This document shows positions 41,470-54,560 of a stretch of DNA of 64,000 bases, piece by piece. Under the pieces are notes generated by a model. It was given only the letters and a program-made list of their open reading frames with translations. It had not been told where the DNA came from and ran no database searches. The DNA is from Epiperipatus broadwayi (Eukaryota > Animalia > Onychophora): contig JAQFVV010000001.1 of NCBI GenBank assembly GCA_028023455.1, positions 310,001 to 374,000 of the forward strand, written 5' to 3'. Numbering within the stretch: position 1 is the first letter of the stretch; the number at the start of each line of letters is the position of its first letter. The position numbers and the translations under genes are program-made.

Positions 41470-41540
41470 TCAGATGGGTCAGCAATATGAGATGGCACTG
41501 AGAGTGGTGGGTCGTGTGAAAGTCTAAGTTCGAACCCCGC
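41470..41540 (+). promoter_or_regulatory. tRNA-like Pol III module downstream of the family 2 HHR
   Basis: B box GTTCGAACCCC at about 41528-41538 with a degenerate A-box region upstream; homologous to both arms of 63121-63453. Confidence 0.5.
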
Positions 41541-43639
41541 ATATATTACATATATAAATGCAGGTTTAAGCCTGTACAATGTATTAAATATATTAAAAGA
41601 AAATTAAAATTAAAAAATAATGTAATAATTATTTTCTTTGTGATTAACAATAATTTAGATATTTATTATGCTTTTTTTTTCTTTTACAGTCATTTATAAT
41701 AAACATAACTGGCTTATTACTAATTAGATATATTAATTTTATAATACATTGTTAATATCTTAAATTTTGGAAATTAAACTTTGACTTCATTATTATAGGT
41801 CTAAAATATTATTATAATACCCAGAGATTAACTAAAAAAAGTGAAATTAAGATTCTTATATTTATATAATAGCTAAGAACTAATTGTTTATAATGAAATC
41901 CAAAAAAATTCAAATAATGCAGCTCAAGGACTCCAATTTCAGAACATTTCTTACAGCTATTATATTGTTAAATACCATAACTAAGGAGTTAGCTAGAATC
42001 TTTCACAGTATGAATGTATGTAAAGCAGATAGTGATTAATTAAAATAAAAAAAATATACACATAAATATTGTATTGTTCATTATCTTTTTTAAAAAAAAA
42101 GTACACATACAATTATAATCTCATTAATTAATTCCACTTTATTTAAACTTTACTATATGTATATAGAAAGCAGATATTAATATGCTTTTTTATGAACTAT
42201 AGGAAGGGAGAAATACATGATAATCAAGTATCTTTCTCTTCCCTTTTTAATTTTTACAATCAAGAAAACATATATCTAGATATATAAAAGCATGGTAAAA
42301 ATTTAATTTGACTTTATTATATCAAAGTTACTAATTGCATTAAATGTGTACATAAAATATCTCAATGCTATAAATATGAGGATATATTTCACCCTTGAAA
42401 GTGCTAAACTTCAGTAAAGACTTATTCATTAGTAGTTTTTCTTAGGATAATGCTTAATCACAGATATTTATAGATTACAGTGGTACAAGAAAAGTTTATT
42501 GCATTTTAAAAAACTAATTATAAAAAAAAAGTTATCAAACTACAGCATAAAAACAACACTTGAGAATCTTCAAATTTAGCTAAACTGAAGTCATTTCTAT
42601 GGTCTATATTATATTCAATGTAGTTTAGTATTTTATGATAATTTATAATTGACTATGTTCTTTGACTCCTTTTTAATACTAATATATCAAACTAAATCCT
42701 GGAGTTAGTGACCATATATATATATAAAATGTTTCTCATTATTGGTAAAGATGAAAAAATATTTAAATTAAACTAAAGTAAATTCAAAATATTTTAAAGT
42801 GAATGGGTATAAATTCAATATATTTTTAAAATGTATATAAAAATGGTTTTAAAAAGAGAAAATAATTGAAAATGTTCCTCCAAATAGTACTAATGTTTTG
42901 TCACTCTCAAATGCATTTAAAAGGAATTTTTTCAATCATTAGAATGGCTATTTTTTTCAATATGGATAACAAGATGCATGTTTGTGTTTAATTAAACAAA
43001 TCTTAGCCCTTGGAAAGTTTATTTGGAAATTATGAATAAAATTAAATTTAGAGACAAGATATTGGCTCCAGGGAAATTGTATGAAGAAACATGGTTATTT
43101 CATAATCTTACAGATATTAATTAATTATTTTCATGTCTTTTCAGATTTATTTTATCAATGTATATTTTTTAACCAAAAAAAAAAAAAGAGAAGTTTTAAT
43201 TGTAATCATTGTCTTTTAAGATAAAATAATGATTTTTAAAACCAAATTTTTGAAAAAATATCACTAATTCTTTTTCAAAAAATTTTTTTTAAAAAATCAT
43301 TTTTATATAGCTAGCAAACAAAGTATGTAAAATAATACAGAAAAGCATGTTTGAATATAAAATTTCTAATTAAAAAATACATATGGAAAGACTTTAGCTT
43401 GGACTAACTTGATTTTTCTATAAGATAAGATAGCTTCATTTTAATTTTGAAAATAGTTAGAAGTTTTCTATATGCTTATAAAAACAAAAGAATAAAATAA
43501 GTTTATAAAACAATTTCTAAATTACAATCAAACTAATTATTGTATATTGTCCACATAAGTTAATAAAAAATAAGATGTAAAAATAAATAAATAATGCTTT
43601 TATGTAAATAGCCAATTAAAATGTACAAAACAGCAAAGA

Positions 43640-43902
43640 AATCCCCTCGATGAATTTGCCATTCTTGGAAAATATTGGAGATTTTAAGAATCTAGACTTG
43701 TTATAAAATAATTGGAAATTGCAGGACTACTGTCATTTCAGAAAAAACATTTGAAGCCTTTTTCATTTTTATGATTTATTTGAACCTCAAATGCTTTTAT
43801 AAAACTACAATATTCCTGCAATTTCCAATAGTTTTATAACAAGTCTAGATTCTTAAGATCTTTGATATTTCCCAAAAATGGCAAATTAACAGAGAGGGGA
43901 TT
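43640..43902. mobile_element. Fold-back MITE-like palindrome
   Basis: About 90-bp imperfect inverted arms AATCCCCTCG...GGAAATTGCAGGA / TCCTGCAATTTCC...GAGGGGATT. No clear TSD. Confidence 0.75.
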
Positions 43903-44836
43903 ACAATTTTTTTACTTTTTAGTTAATTTATATATTATTTTTAAAAATGATTAAAACTACAAAAAAATCTGACAAAATTATAATTTAATAATAAGACGTG
44001 AAAATAAAAAATACACCCTCTAATAAATAAATTCTAAATTTAAATATCGTGATCATCTACTATATAAAAATACGCATTGTTTTTTTAATTAAGTATAAGT
44101 TAAATCAATATTAACAAAATTTTATTCTACAAACGTAATATTTCTATTGGTTCAGTTGTTAAGGAGTTTTCTTGGAAAGTGCAAGATTGTGAGTTTGAGT
44201 TCTAAATGGGAACAATTTTTTTTTTCATTGTTAATTAAAAAATGTGGACATATTGACAGAAATGCAAACAGGGCAAGTTAATATAAAAGCATTTAAAAAA
44301 TAAACTCCATATGATATTTATGTCCTTAACAATAATTAAATAAAAATGTAAAAAAATTTCTCTAAGAAAAATGTATTTTCACAGCTAATATTCTTATTTG
44401 TTTATAAGAATAGACAAATGACAGAATTATGTATAGCTTAAGGATAATGCAAGAAATTATTAATTTCATTCACTGTTTTATTTTCAATTTCATTAAACTA
44501 GATATATTTTGCAATATGCTTTCCAGTTACCTAGAATATATAATGATGTTTTTGACATATAGTTTTGAAAATTTAAATTTTTTTCTCACATTTGTTATAT
44601 ATTCTTATAACTTCCTAAGATTTTCATTTCCCAAGTAACTATAATTATTTGTAAACATTCACTCTGTCAATATCAAAAATATGTTTATTCTATGGATGCT
44701 TTAATTTAATCCCAAAGAATTATCTGGGTACAGTGGATGATATTCCACATGTCTTATTCTAAAGTAGAATTGAATAAAGAAGTCACTTGTATTTCAATTT
44801 TAACAAAATACAAAGTGATTCCCTATCTTCTTTATA

Positions 44837-46004
44837 AATTTCATGTTATTTTAATACAGTTTACCTGAAAACTTTAGTAATTAATGATGTAATATTTAGG
44901 ATTTTATTAAATAATTATGGAGAATAGTGAGAATATATGTAATTAAATTAAAAAGAAACTTAAATATTCTATTTAAAATAAAGCTTTGTGTGTTTGAGCA
45001 ATAATTATTGTTTATTAAGAAATTGCTTTAGAATAAAATTAAAAAAAAAAAAGATAAGTTAGACAGAAAAGTTAAGAATAAATAAAATGCTGAAAAGAGT
45101 GAATGAAAAAAAATCAATACACATCCCCATTTATATATTCATCACATGCATGAATCTAGCTCAGAGAACATAAGCTCTATTACTGTATGTGACCAAGAGA
45201 TGATGGAAACAATTTTAACAATTAAATACAAGTTTATTATTAACAAAAAAAAAATTAAGGTCTTATAAAAATAAAATTACACACATATAAGCTTTCTGAT
45301 TTTGATTACAATACAAAATTTCAAATAATCACATTGCGATTTACATAATTGCTATTCAAAATTCAAATTGTTACCTTGGTTTACATATATATATGCACAC
45401 AGATGCATGCTTTATAATATACAATTAATATTCACTAACAAAAAAATGATTATAATTTTATATATATGAGTGTGTGAGTATATATGCACACTGACTTTTA
45501 CCTATTTAAACTTGTTACAGTAATATATATTTCATAATTAATTCAATATCGAAAGTATATATAGAATCATGTTGCTTAATTATTTCATAAAGTTTAACTT
45601 TTTTTTTTTTTGATTTTAATTCAAACAAAATTGGGCTTGCATTTAAGCTATATATTCTTCTTTTAATGTCATTTTTTTAAATAAGGATTTAACAAAACAA
45701 TTTCTTTAAATATAAATCAAACTTGTTTTGCTTTAAGTTATTAATTTATAATTTCATGTTATTTTAATACAGTTTACCTGAAAAGTTTAGCAATTAATGA
45801 TGTAATATTTAGGATTTTATTAAATAATAATTAAATTAAAAAGAAATTTAAATATTCTATTTAAAATAAAGCTTTGTGTGTTTGAGCAATAATTATTGTT
45901 TATTAAAAAATTGCTTTAGAATAAAATTAAAAAAAAAAAAAGATAAGTTAGACAGAAAAGTTAAGAATAAATAAAATGCTGAAAAGAGTGAATGAAAAAA
46001 AATC
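44837..46004. repeat. Local direct duplication (44837-45115 and 45750-46004)
   Basis: Near-identical blocks of about 280 and 255 bp; the second lacks about 25 bp. Confidence 0.9.
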
Positions 46005-46987
46005 TATACTGAGAAATTTACCAAAAGGAAAAAAACTAAAATATTTTCTTATAAAGTATATAATCTATAGAAAGCATTATAAATGAACAATGGACAAAAT
46101 GAAAAATAATGAAATTAAATGTTTGAGGGTTTTTAAAAAAAAAGTAATTATTAATATATGAAAAAAAAAAATTCCACTTATGAAATAAAATGGTTTGGAG
46201 TAAATTGTGGGATCTTTTTTTTTTTTGCAAATAAATAATTATTTTTTAAAAAAGAAAAATATCTAAATTTTCTTTTAGTGAAACAAATCAATATAAGTGC
46301 ACTTCAATGTTATCAAATGTTGACATTGGAATTCAAATAATTATAAAATAAAATAAATCCCATTTGGAAACTTTAATTTTTAAATCTAAATTTTTTTTTC
46401 TTTAATTCTTAAAAGAAAAAATGGAGCTTACATTTATTTATTATATCTTTAAGTAATAAATAAAGACTCTTATTATTTAAAAAAAAAAAAAGTAATATAT
46501 AATAAAAAAAATTATGATGTTGGACTATTTTTTTTTCTTCAAAAGAATCCAAGTTCTATATACATATGAGAACACATGCATTGACTATATATTAATTTAA
46601 AAAAACTAGAATAAATAAATAATTTGATGTTTCTTGTTTGTAAATCATGTGACATTTGAACACCTATATGACAGAGCTGAGCTGGCCGGCCATAAACTAT
46701 GAACCTTTAGCTTTCAAATCTGCTATTCTATAATTGCCCTAAATCCTGCAGTCATATGCATTATAACATACTCAATTATTATTTATCCCAATCTAAATTT
46801 ACATGATTGTTTTAAGCAGTGTTTTTAATGATAGATTTAAAATCCTAAAAGCAATAATAATGAATGTTCAAATCCTCAACATAATTAATAGAAAGTAAAT
46901 TTCTAATAATTTAGTTTAATAATAATTACATAAATAGCATCATAATTATCAGAATTATTATCTAAATAGAAATAATCACAAACTTAC

Positions 46988-47086
46988 ATCAGCCAATTGT
47001 GCTTTATTTAAGCCTGGCCTAGTCTGAATCTTGTAATGACGTTTATAACGACGTAATGTATTTACTTGCAATTGTAGCAAATCAAC
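46988..47086 (-). CDS. SAP30L: Penultimate coding exon of SAP30/SAP30L
   Basis: [33 protein letters not shown]; AAG acceptor and GTAAGT donor, phase 0/0, in frame with 40826-40951. Confidence 0.95.
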
Positions 47087-48102
47087 CTTTCAAAAAAAAA
47101 CAACAACAATGAATTAAAAAAATTGTTTTATCAAAAATGTATTATATAATATTGGTGGTAGTTTTTTTTCATAAAATATGTCTATTTTGAATAAGAATAT
47201 AAAAATTTATAAAATTATCATAGAGTATAAAAGTATTCATAAAATTGTATATTTTAAAATTATTAATAGGTATTCAATAGAAAAAAAACATAGATTTAAA
47301 AAATATTAAAAAATAAAAATTGAAATGAAAACAATGCATACAAAAGAAATAATATTTCTTTAAAAAAAGTTACACTGTTCATTTAGATTATAATGAAAAT
47401 CTTTTACAAGAAGATAATTTCAGCATAAATAAAAAAATTTCTATGCTAAATTGAAATGATTTCATTACAGATTTTTCAGAATGAGCATTTATAAAAAAAC
47501 TGAAATGTAATGTAAACAAACCAAAAAATTGTAATTTCAATAAAAAAACTGGAAGTTCAGATTTAATTTCAAAAGCAAAATTCCTTTTTTAAAACAGAAT
47601 TTTTCATTCTACCATTCCTTCCAAAACTTCTGTTATCATTGAAAGTGTGGGGAATAATGTTAAATTAAGACCATATCATAGCCCATTAAATTTATGTAAA
47701 AAAATATAAGAAAAACAAAACAAAGCTTTTTATAAAAAGTAAAAATGAAGATGTTTCCTTAATAGAAAATTACTTTCATAATATTAAAATAAAGCCTCAC
47801 AAAGCTCTAGGAAGAAGAGCAATGCTATTCAAAATACTTACAGCCATTTCTCTAAGTCTGACTGAATATCAAGACAAAAAATTAGTGCATTTACAAATTA
47901 AATGTTTCCTACTTGTTATAATAATATGTCCTTCTTACTTAGTTCCAATGAGAAAATAAATTACATCAAGCATGACCATATACAAGGATGCATTTGGATT
48001 CACTAAAACAAAAACTTATATTTATTCATTAGGTTCTATATTTTGATCAAAACTTTTCTAGCAATCAGATACAATTATTTTAGATTGTGATAATGCAGAT
48101 CA

Positions 48103-48144
<42 letters not shown>
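48103..48144. repeat. Compound (AC)n(AT)n microsatellite
   Basis: Directly visible. Confidence 0.9.
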
Positions 48145-49299
48145 GAACATTGAAGGAACAAAACTGTGTAACATCTAAAAGATTAATCATGTGATTATGG
48201 AAAAATAATTCATATATTTGTCAAGATAATATTTGCCAAGACTCTAAAATCAGTATTGGAATTAAAACATTCTGTTGTTCAGAATGGAAGCCAAAAAGCC
48301 TATCATATGTTGATATTCTTGATATATTCTCTGTACATTAAAGAAAATTTTCTGTATTCAAAAAATGACAGTGACTATCAGATTCTTGAATTAATTCAAC
48401 TTTAGCATTATCAAGCAGCTGAGTTGCAAAATATTTATTCTCTGGGATTTGATAATGACAATATCCAAGTAAGATACCTATTAGATGATGTAATGTTAAG
48501 ATTTTTTTTTTTTTATGGAAACCAATGACAATACTTGTAAGTGGCTCTTAATGGATGTTTCTCTTTTCATATTAAATGAACTAATAACCAAAATAGATAA
48601 AGTGAATTTTACTACTACTTCTAGCCTATAAAAATATAATCCTGCATCAGAAATTTTTTTTTTTTTAAATATTCTTGACAACTTATCATCTTAACATTAA
48701 TAATAACAATATTTTGATATCTCATTTCAATAAGCAAATAATCTTTATAGTACAAAAAAATAGTGATAATTAATTTTCTTCTTTAATAACCATCAAAATT
48801 ATTAGCTAAAATTATTTTATATAAGATCTATCCTTTAAAACTTCTATATATGCATTATGACTTTCCACAAGCATATGACATGCCAGTCTAAGGTTGCACA
48901 ATGTAAAAACTTTCTAGATTATTCAAATCAACTTTGTAGAGATCCTAAATATAAAAATTTTAAGCTTTTGGTCAGCAATTAGAATTGCTCCTAATACAAA
49001 ACTTAGCATTCACATTAACTAAAAAAAAAATCTGAAAATATTATTAGTTTTCCAAGTTTTAAGTGAAATCACACAAGTTTTTTTCTTTTTAAATCTCTTA
49101 ATAGTTTGCAAATAGTATATATTAATTTTTCTATTTGAAAATCAATCACTAGTCCTTCCATAGATCTATTTTTTTCTTTGACTAAAAATGTATTTATTAT
49201 TACTCATATATTGATGACAAACTGATTAAAACTAGAGGTAATGCAAACATCAATTATTGAATCAATCATAAGTAATTTAATATAACTAGTTCTCTTATT

Positions 49300-49877
49300 A
49301 CAGTAGCAAACTCTCCATACAGTAGCGCCACCCAGTACAAGCTTTAGTAATCCGTGGTTGCAAGAAGGTTTACGCATAAAATCCCTACCTAGTGCCTACT
49401 CATCCTTTCGTCAGTGAGGAGCTTTGGATCTGAGAGCTTAGAATATAATGCAACCCTCCAGCAAACACCTTTTAGCTATTTAGTTAACTATAAAGCTGTA
49501 AGCTCAAGATGAAAACGTTTTCAATCCAATTTCATTCGCTTGCTTCAGATCTATATGACATATACATGTGAGTGAGCTTGATTAAAAACATTATTGTGTT
49601 TTCATCTTGGGCTCATAGTTTTATAGTTAACTAAATAGGTAAAACATAGTTGCTAGAGCATTGCATTAGGTTCTAAGATTTAAGTGCAGTGTTCTCAGCC
49701 CACCAGCTGGAAACTAATTTGGGGATATTGGATGAGTAGGCACTAGACAGTTTATGCACAAATCTTCTTGCATCCATTGATTATTAAGGCTTACACTGGA
49801 TGGCACTGCTGTATGGAGAGTTTGCTACTGTTTTAACAGCTTGTGTAAGTATAAGAAATGGTCATCAAATAATATTT
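49300..49877. mobile_element. HHR family 1 element, full divergent inverted pair
   Basis: Two arms of about 220-280 bp joined 5'-to-5'; 13-bp TSD TAGTTCTCTTATT (49287-49299, 49878-49890). Each arm has an internal deletion in the HHR. Confidence 0.85.
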
Positions 49878-51177
49878 TAGTTCTCTTATTCCTGACAGAA
49901 AATCATCCATCTAAAAAATAGTATTAGACATACTCTTCACATCTATTATTTGCTCATTAAGTTTTCATAGCTTTAAATAAATTCAACCAAAAAGTTGACT
50001 ATCAAGATAAATATCATTAATGCTACTTTGAAACCTAGCCTTTCTCATCTTGGTAATATTAGTAATTTAACAATAAAAATCACCCAAATCCACTTTGCTT
50101 GGATCTCATTCTTTATAATACTGAGGTTCCATAACTTATACTCATTCTATTAACATAAAATTTTTCAAGAGAAATTATAAAAATCTGAAGAATAGCCTCA
50201 TATTTCTATTATTTAGAATCTCGATGTAATTCTTGATTAAAAAATGTATCACTTTTAATTAAATTGGGCTTTCTTATGCAAATTTAATAGGTATATTTAT
50301 AATTGCAAAGTTCAAACAACATTACATCTAATGAATTAGATCCAGAATATAACCCATCAGCCAATCCTATAATAGTCAATTCGCTAAAAAAAAATCAACA
50401 TAATAAATACCCTCATTCATCACTACCAAAATTAAAGTTATAAAGTTTTTCCCAATACAATGTTTATGAATGATAATAAATTTTAAACTTCAACAAGTCG
50501 TATAAATTATACAATAGTTTTAATAAAATAGCAAAATATAATTGACAAATATCTATTCTTTCACAGATTAAAATCCACTTTTATTACTTCGAATGATATA
50601 TCTGTTTTCTGCATCCCAAATAGAAATTAGAATAGGCCTTACATTTTTCTAATTTCTTTGTTCTCAAGCAGGTTTTCATAAAAAGAGAATGGATTAGATT
50701 ACTAACTTCTATAATTACTAATGATTAGAATTTCAAATGGTTATTATGAATACTATCTACAAAATCAAACTAACTGACTGTGGGTTGTTCATCCCATGGC
50801 AATTGCTATATATTTCACAAATAATTCCATTTTTGTTGTGAGTGAAAACATTAGTAGTAAACTAGTAACGATCATGGCTCACATTTAATATGACCTCCAA
50901 TCTTTTATAATTTCATATATTATTCTGTTATTTCATTCTATGTAATAATAGAATATAGTACTACCTAGCATGCGTTTATATAAGCATAGTTTCATTCATT
51001 ATTCTATTATTCCATACCAAATAATCATTGAATTTTAACATAATTTGGCATCTAATTGTATCAGTAAGATCCTATTTGTTTTTTTACTAATGGTATTTAC
51101 ATTAATATGATTTTATTATAAATTTGTTCTTATAAATAAAATTGATTTTTAACTAAAAAGTTATCAATTCAGTACTG

Positions 51178-51780
51178 TAGTATTATTCAACCAATGAAGT
51201 TTTATACTTACCGATTTTCCTTCCGGCAAACATCGTCGATAACATGAAAACGTTGTCACGTCAACCAAGACACTGACATACTTAATCCAATTTTTGGATT
51301 TTTTTGACACGCGAGATTTAAAAATTGGAGAGAGCGTTGGGAAATTTTGTCATTTGTCTGTCTTTTGTGATTTTGTTACTAGTCCACCGCAGTGGACGCT
51401 ATTTGTATGTAATTTTCATTTTTGTTTCTAATAAATAATGTCATTTTGATGTATATTATAAAAAGTACAATTAATTAATTTTATTTTTAATTTCTGAATT
51501 ATACAGAATTTTTTTTTTTAAATTCATCCGCTTTTAAATTATTTTAACGCACGCATGTACTTTTTTGTACTTTTTATTTTATTTTTTCCAACCAATGACG
51601 TATTACCCTGAAGCCATATCAGTCTGATCTTGCAATCTTTAACATGCCGGATCCACATGATTTGCGGACAAATTTTAGTGATTGCATTTGTCCATAAATC
51701 ACTTGGAGACGTTATATTAAAGATCTGAAGATCAGACTGATATGGCTTCAGGGTAATACGTCATTGGTTGGAAAATACTA
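51178..51780. mobile_element. Non-autonomous DNA element with a terminal fold-back of about 195 bp (Crypton-like, tentative)
   Basis: Left end TAGTATTATTCAACCAATGA mirrors right end TCATTGGTTGGAAAATACTA; long hairpin 51583-51775. Confidence 0.6.
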
Positions 51781-52261
51781 AACCAAATTACAGCTATGAA
51801 AGTAATACAATGTCTGGCATTGTTGGTGGTTTAATTGAGCATAATATAGGCCATGCCTTCAGCCTGTCAAAAACAAAAAAAGGCTCCCTCGCCCATTACA
51901 GCACTACACACTGACTTTTCTAATTTTCAGTCAAAAAATGAGACACATTTTCAAATTGTTTGTTTTATATATTTTTAACATGAATAATTGAGTTAAATAC
52001 CGTCAGAAATATTGTAAAGATAAGATTATTTTTAACGCAAGTACATTTTTTTGATTTTTTTTTTGTTATAAACATTCGTAATATAGAGTACGTTTTAAGT
52101 TATTGTCCAGGTCGCCATTAATAATGCCAGATAATCAGGAAAAGTGTTCTTTATTTGTCTATTTCTTTTAAATTTACAAAAAAAAATTTGTACAATTATA
52201 AAATTTACACTTAGTTACTTTCAATTTCTAAATTATCAAATTTACACTTAATTACTTTTAA

Positions 52262-52511
52262 TTTCTAAATTATTTTGACGCACGCATGTACTTTTTTGTA
52301 CTTTATTTTTTATTTTTTCCAATCAATGATGTATTATCCTGAAGCCATATCAGTCTGATCTTGCGATCTTTAACGTGCCAGGTCCACGTGATTTGCGGAC
52401 AAATTTTAGCAATTGCATTTGTCAGAAAATCACTTGGAGACATTATCTTAAAGATCTGAAGATCAGACTGATATGGCTTCAGGGTAATACATCATCGGTT
52501 GGAAAATACTA
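52262..52511. mobile_element. Second copy of the fold-back terminus
   Basis: Direct repeat of 51533-51780 including the same hairpin, with scattered substitutions. Confidence 0.75.
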
Positions 52512-53329
52512 AAGAACCATATCAATCAAAGATCTAGGTTCTCGGGGGGGGGGGGGGTGAACAGAGACTATACCGGTATTCAGTTTAAAAATTTTCACAT
52601 GATTAATTTTTTTTTTCCGTAAAAATAAAAAATGCAATATTCTTTTGAAAAATATAGTAATATGAATATAGCCTAAAAAGAGCTAACTTTTTAAAAATAC
52701 GTTTTTAGTTTGAAAGATACTTACAAAAGCTTTCCCAAATTATTTTAAATATCTGATAGCAAAATAAATAAATAAAACAGAAGAATCTTTGTCACTACCA
52801 AAAATTATATAAATGAATATTTTTGAATGACTTTTAAAGTAAAAGAAAATTCATTTTCCATAAGCTTATAATTATAAAGTACAGAAGCAGCATAATCATC
52901 TCTGAACCTTGGGAATTTTTAAGATAGCTGTTTTCATAATGATCTCATTCTTTCATGAATATGCTAATGTGGTAACATCATTACTCCGATAAACAATAAA
53001 ATATGTACTTATGCAATACTTTATTATTTAAAGTAGTAACATGTTAGAATATAAATATTGCATTTTTAAACATTAAGAAAGTTTATTCTTCATATTTCTT
53101 CTGTTTGAGTGGAACTGTCATAATCTTAATAAACTTTCCTATCATCTATAAATGATTTTGAAATCTTAAAAATTTTCCTTTTGCAAAATCTCATCAATAA
53201 TATTTTGTTGCCTTATTTTGCAAAATTTCAAACTTTAAATTTTAGTTAAAATTTAATTTAGAATTTAATATTTTATTTTGAAATAAAAAAAAATTGCTTA
53301 TATTTTTCTTATTATATTACAGATGGATC

Positions 53330-54560
53330 ATTGACTTAAAAACAGCGAGATTTATTTTATTGATCCACAGTTATCCTATTCAAATTTTTAATGTGCTAAA
53401 AGAGAGAACATGTATTGGAGAATTCTCTGCTTCATGGAAGAGAGGAATCTAATCCAATGAAACTGAAATTGTAAATAAAGAATGAAAATATATCAAAAGC
53501 TATCTTTCCTTGACTATATAAATTTTGATAATTTATCATATTATGTCTTATAGAACAGAAAATGTTCACTAATTAGCATTATGGTAGCAGTTATTTTGTC
53601 ATTTAGAGACCAAATATTTACAGATAAAATAAAAAAGAAATAAAAATATGATGAGCTACAATGGTTTGCTATAACTTTTTAAACTAGAAATGAAAAGGTC
53701 ATGAAACATCTTATAAGTTAAATTATTTTATTACATTGTCTAGAGAAAGATACAGACCAGCAAAAAAACTCTTTTTAAGGTTTTGTGTCTTTAAACATGA
53801 AGATTGAGTTTATATCTTATCTGTAGAAATGTACTCTTGTTTTACAAATAAATAAATTTGAAGACATGGTCGAACTTACAATCCTGCTTATAATAAACAT
53901 ATTTATGTGAATGTTTGGCAATTTTATTTACATTTTTCTAGCAATATTAACAAATAAACACTCAGACCTTTTATACAAATACTTGACAAAAATATAAATG
54001 GTGCTAAATCTCATGATTTATTTTGCAACAACTGTGTTGCCATTAGTATTAATAGTGCAAAAGCAAATAGGTATATTTGTTGAAATCAGACACTCACAAG
54101 TAATCATTATATTTTTCACTGTTGTACAGCTGTAGTGAAAAATATCAGTTTTATTTAAAACAATTCTCTGATGAATAAGTAAAAATAATTCATTTAATTA
54201 AACCATTCTAGAGAATGTTTTAATATTCTATTTAAAAAATGAGAAGCACTTGTGTTTAGTGAAGTACAATAATTTTCCATGAAAAAAAACCCCTCCCCCA
54301 TTCCTGTGAGAAAAATGCAAGTATGACTAGCTGCGGGGAATTAAAAAAATACTATTTTTACATAAAAGAATAATTATCAAACTATGATTATTCAGTGCTG
54401 AATATTTGGAAGACCATTTACCCAAAAATGAAACAAGTGAGGCTGTATTTCAAAGAAATTGACATTTTTTTATCAATGATAAAATTGAAACTTTAAAGCA
54501 GAAATTAAAATTTTAAAAAACTTATGTCTGCCACTATGATTTTTTGATATAAAGTATAAT
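53330..54560 (+). pseudogene. hAT (Buster/Charlie, ZBED5/SCAND3-like) transposase relic
   Basis: Decayed segments resembling HC..H, KTVLDEAVKIINFIK, YLADIFSKMNEV and NDKI..FK.KL.FWK motifs; many stops. Confidence 0.55.

Noticed and set aside
47833-47880. Minus-strand GTAAGT donor as SAP30L exon 2
   Set aside because: The translation does not match the expected HLYICDFHK...RKRK segment.
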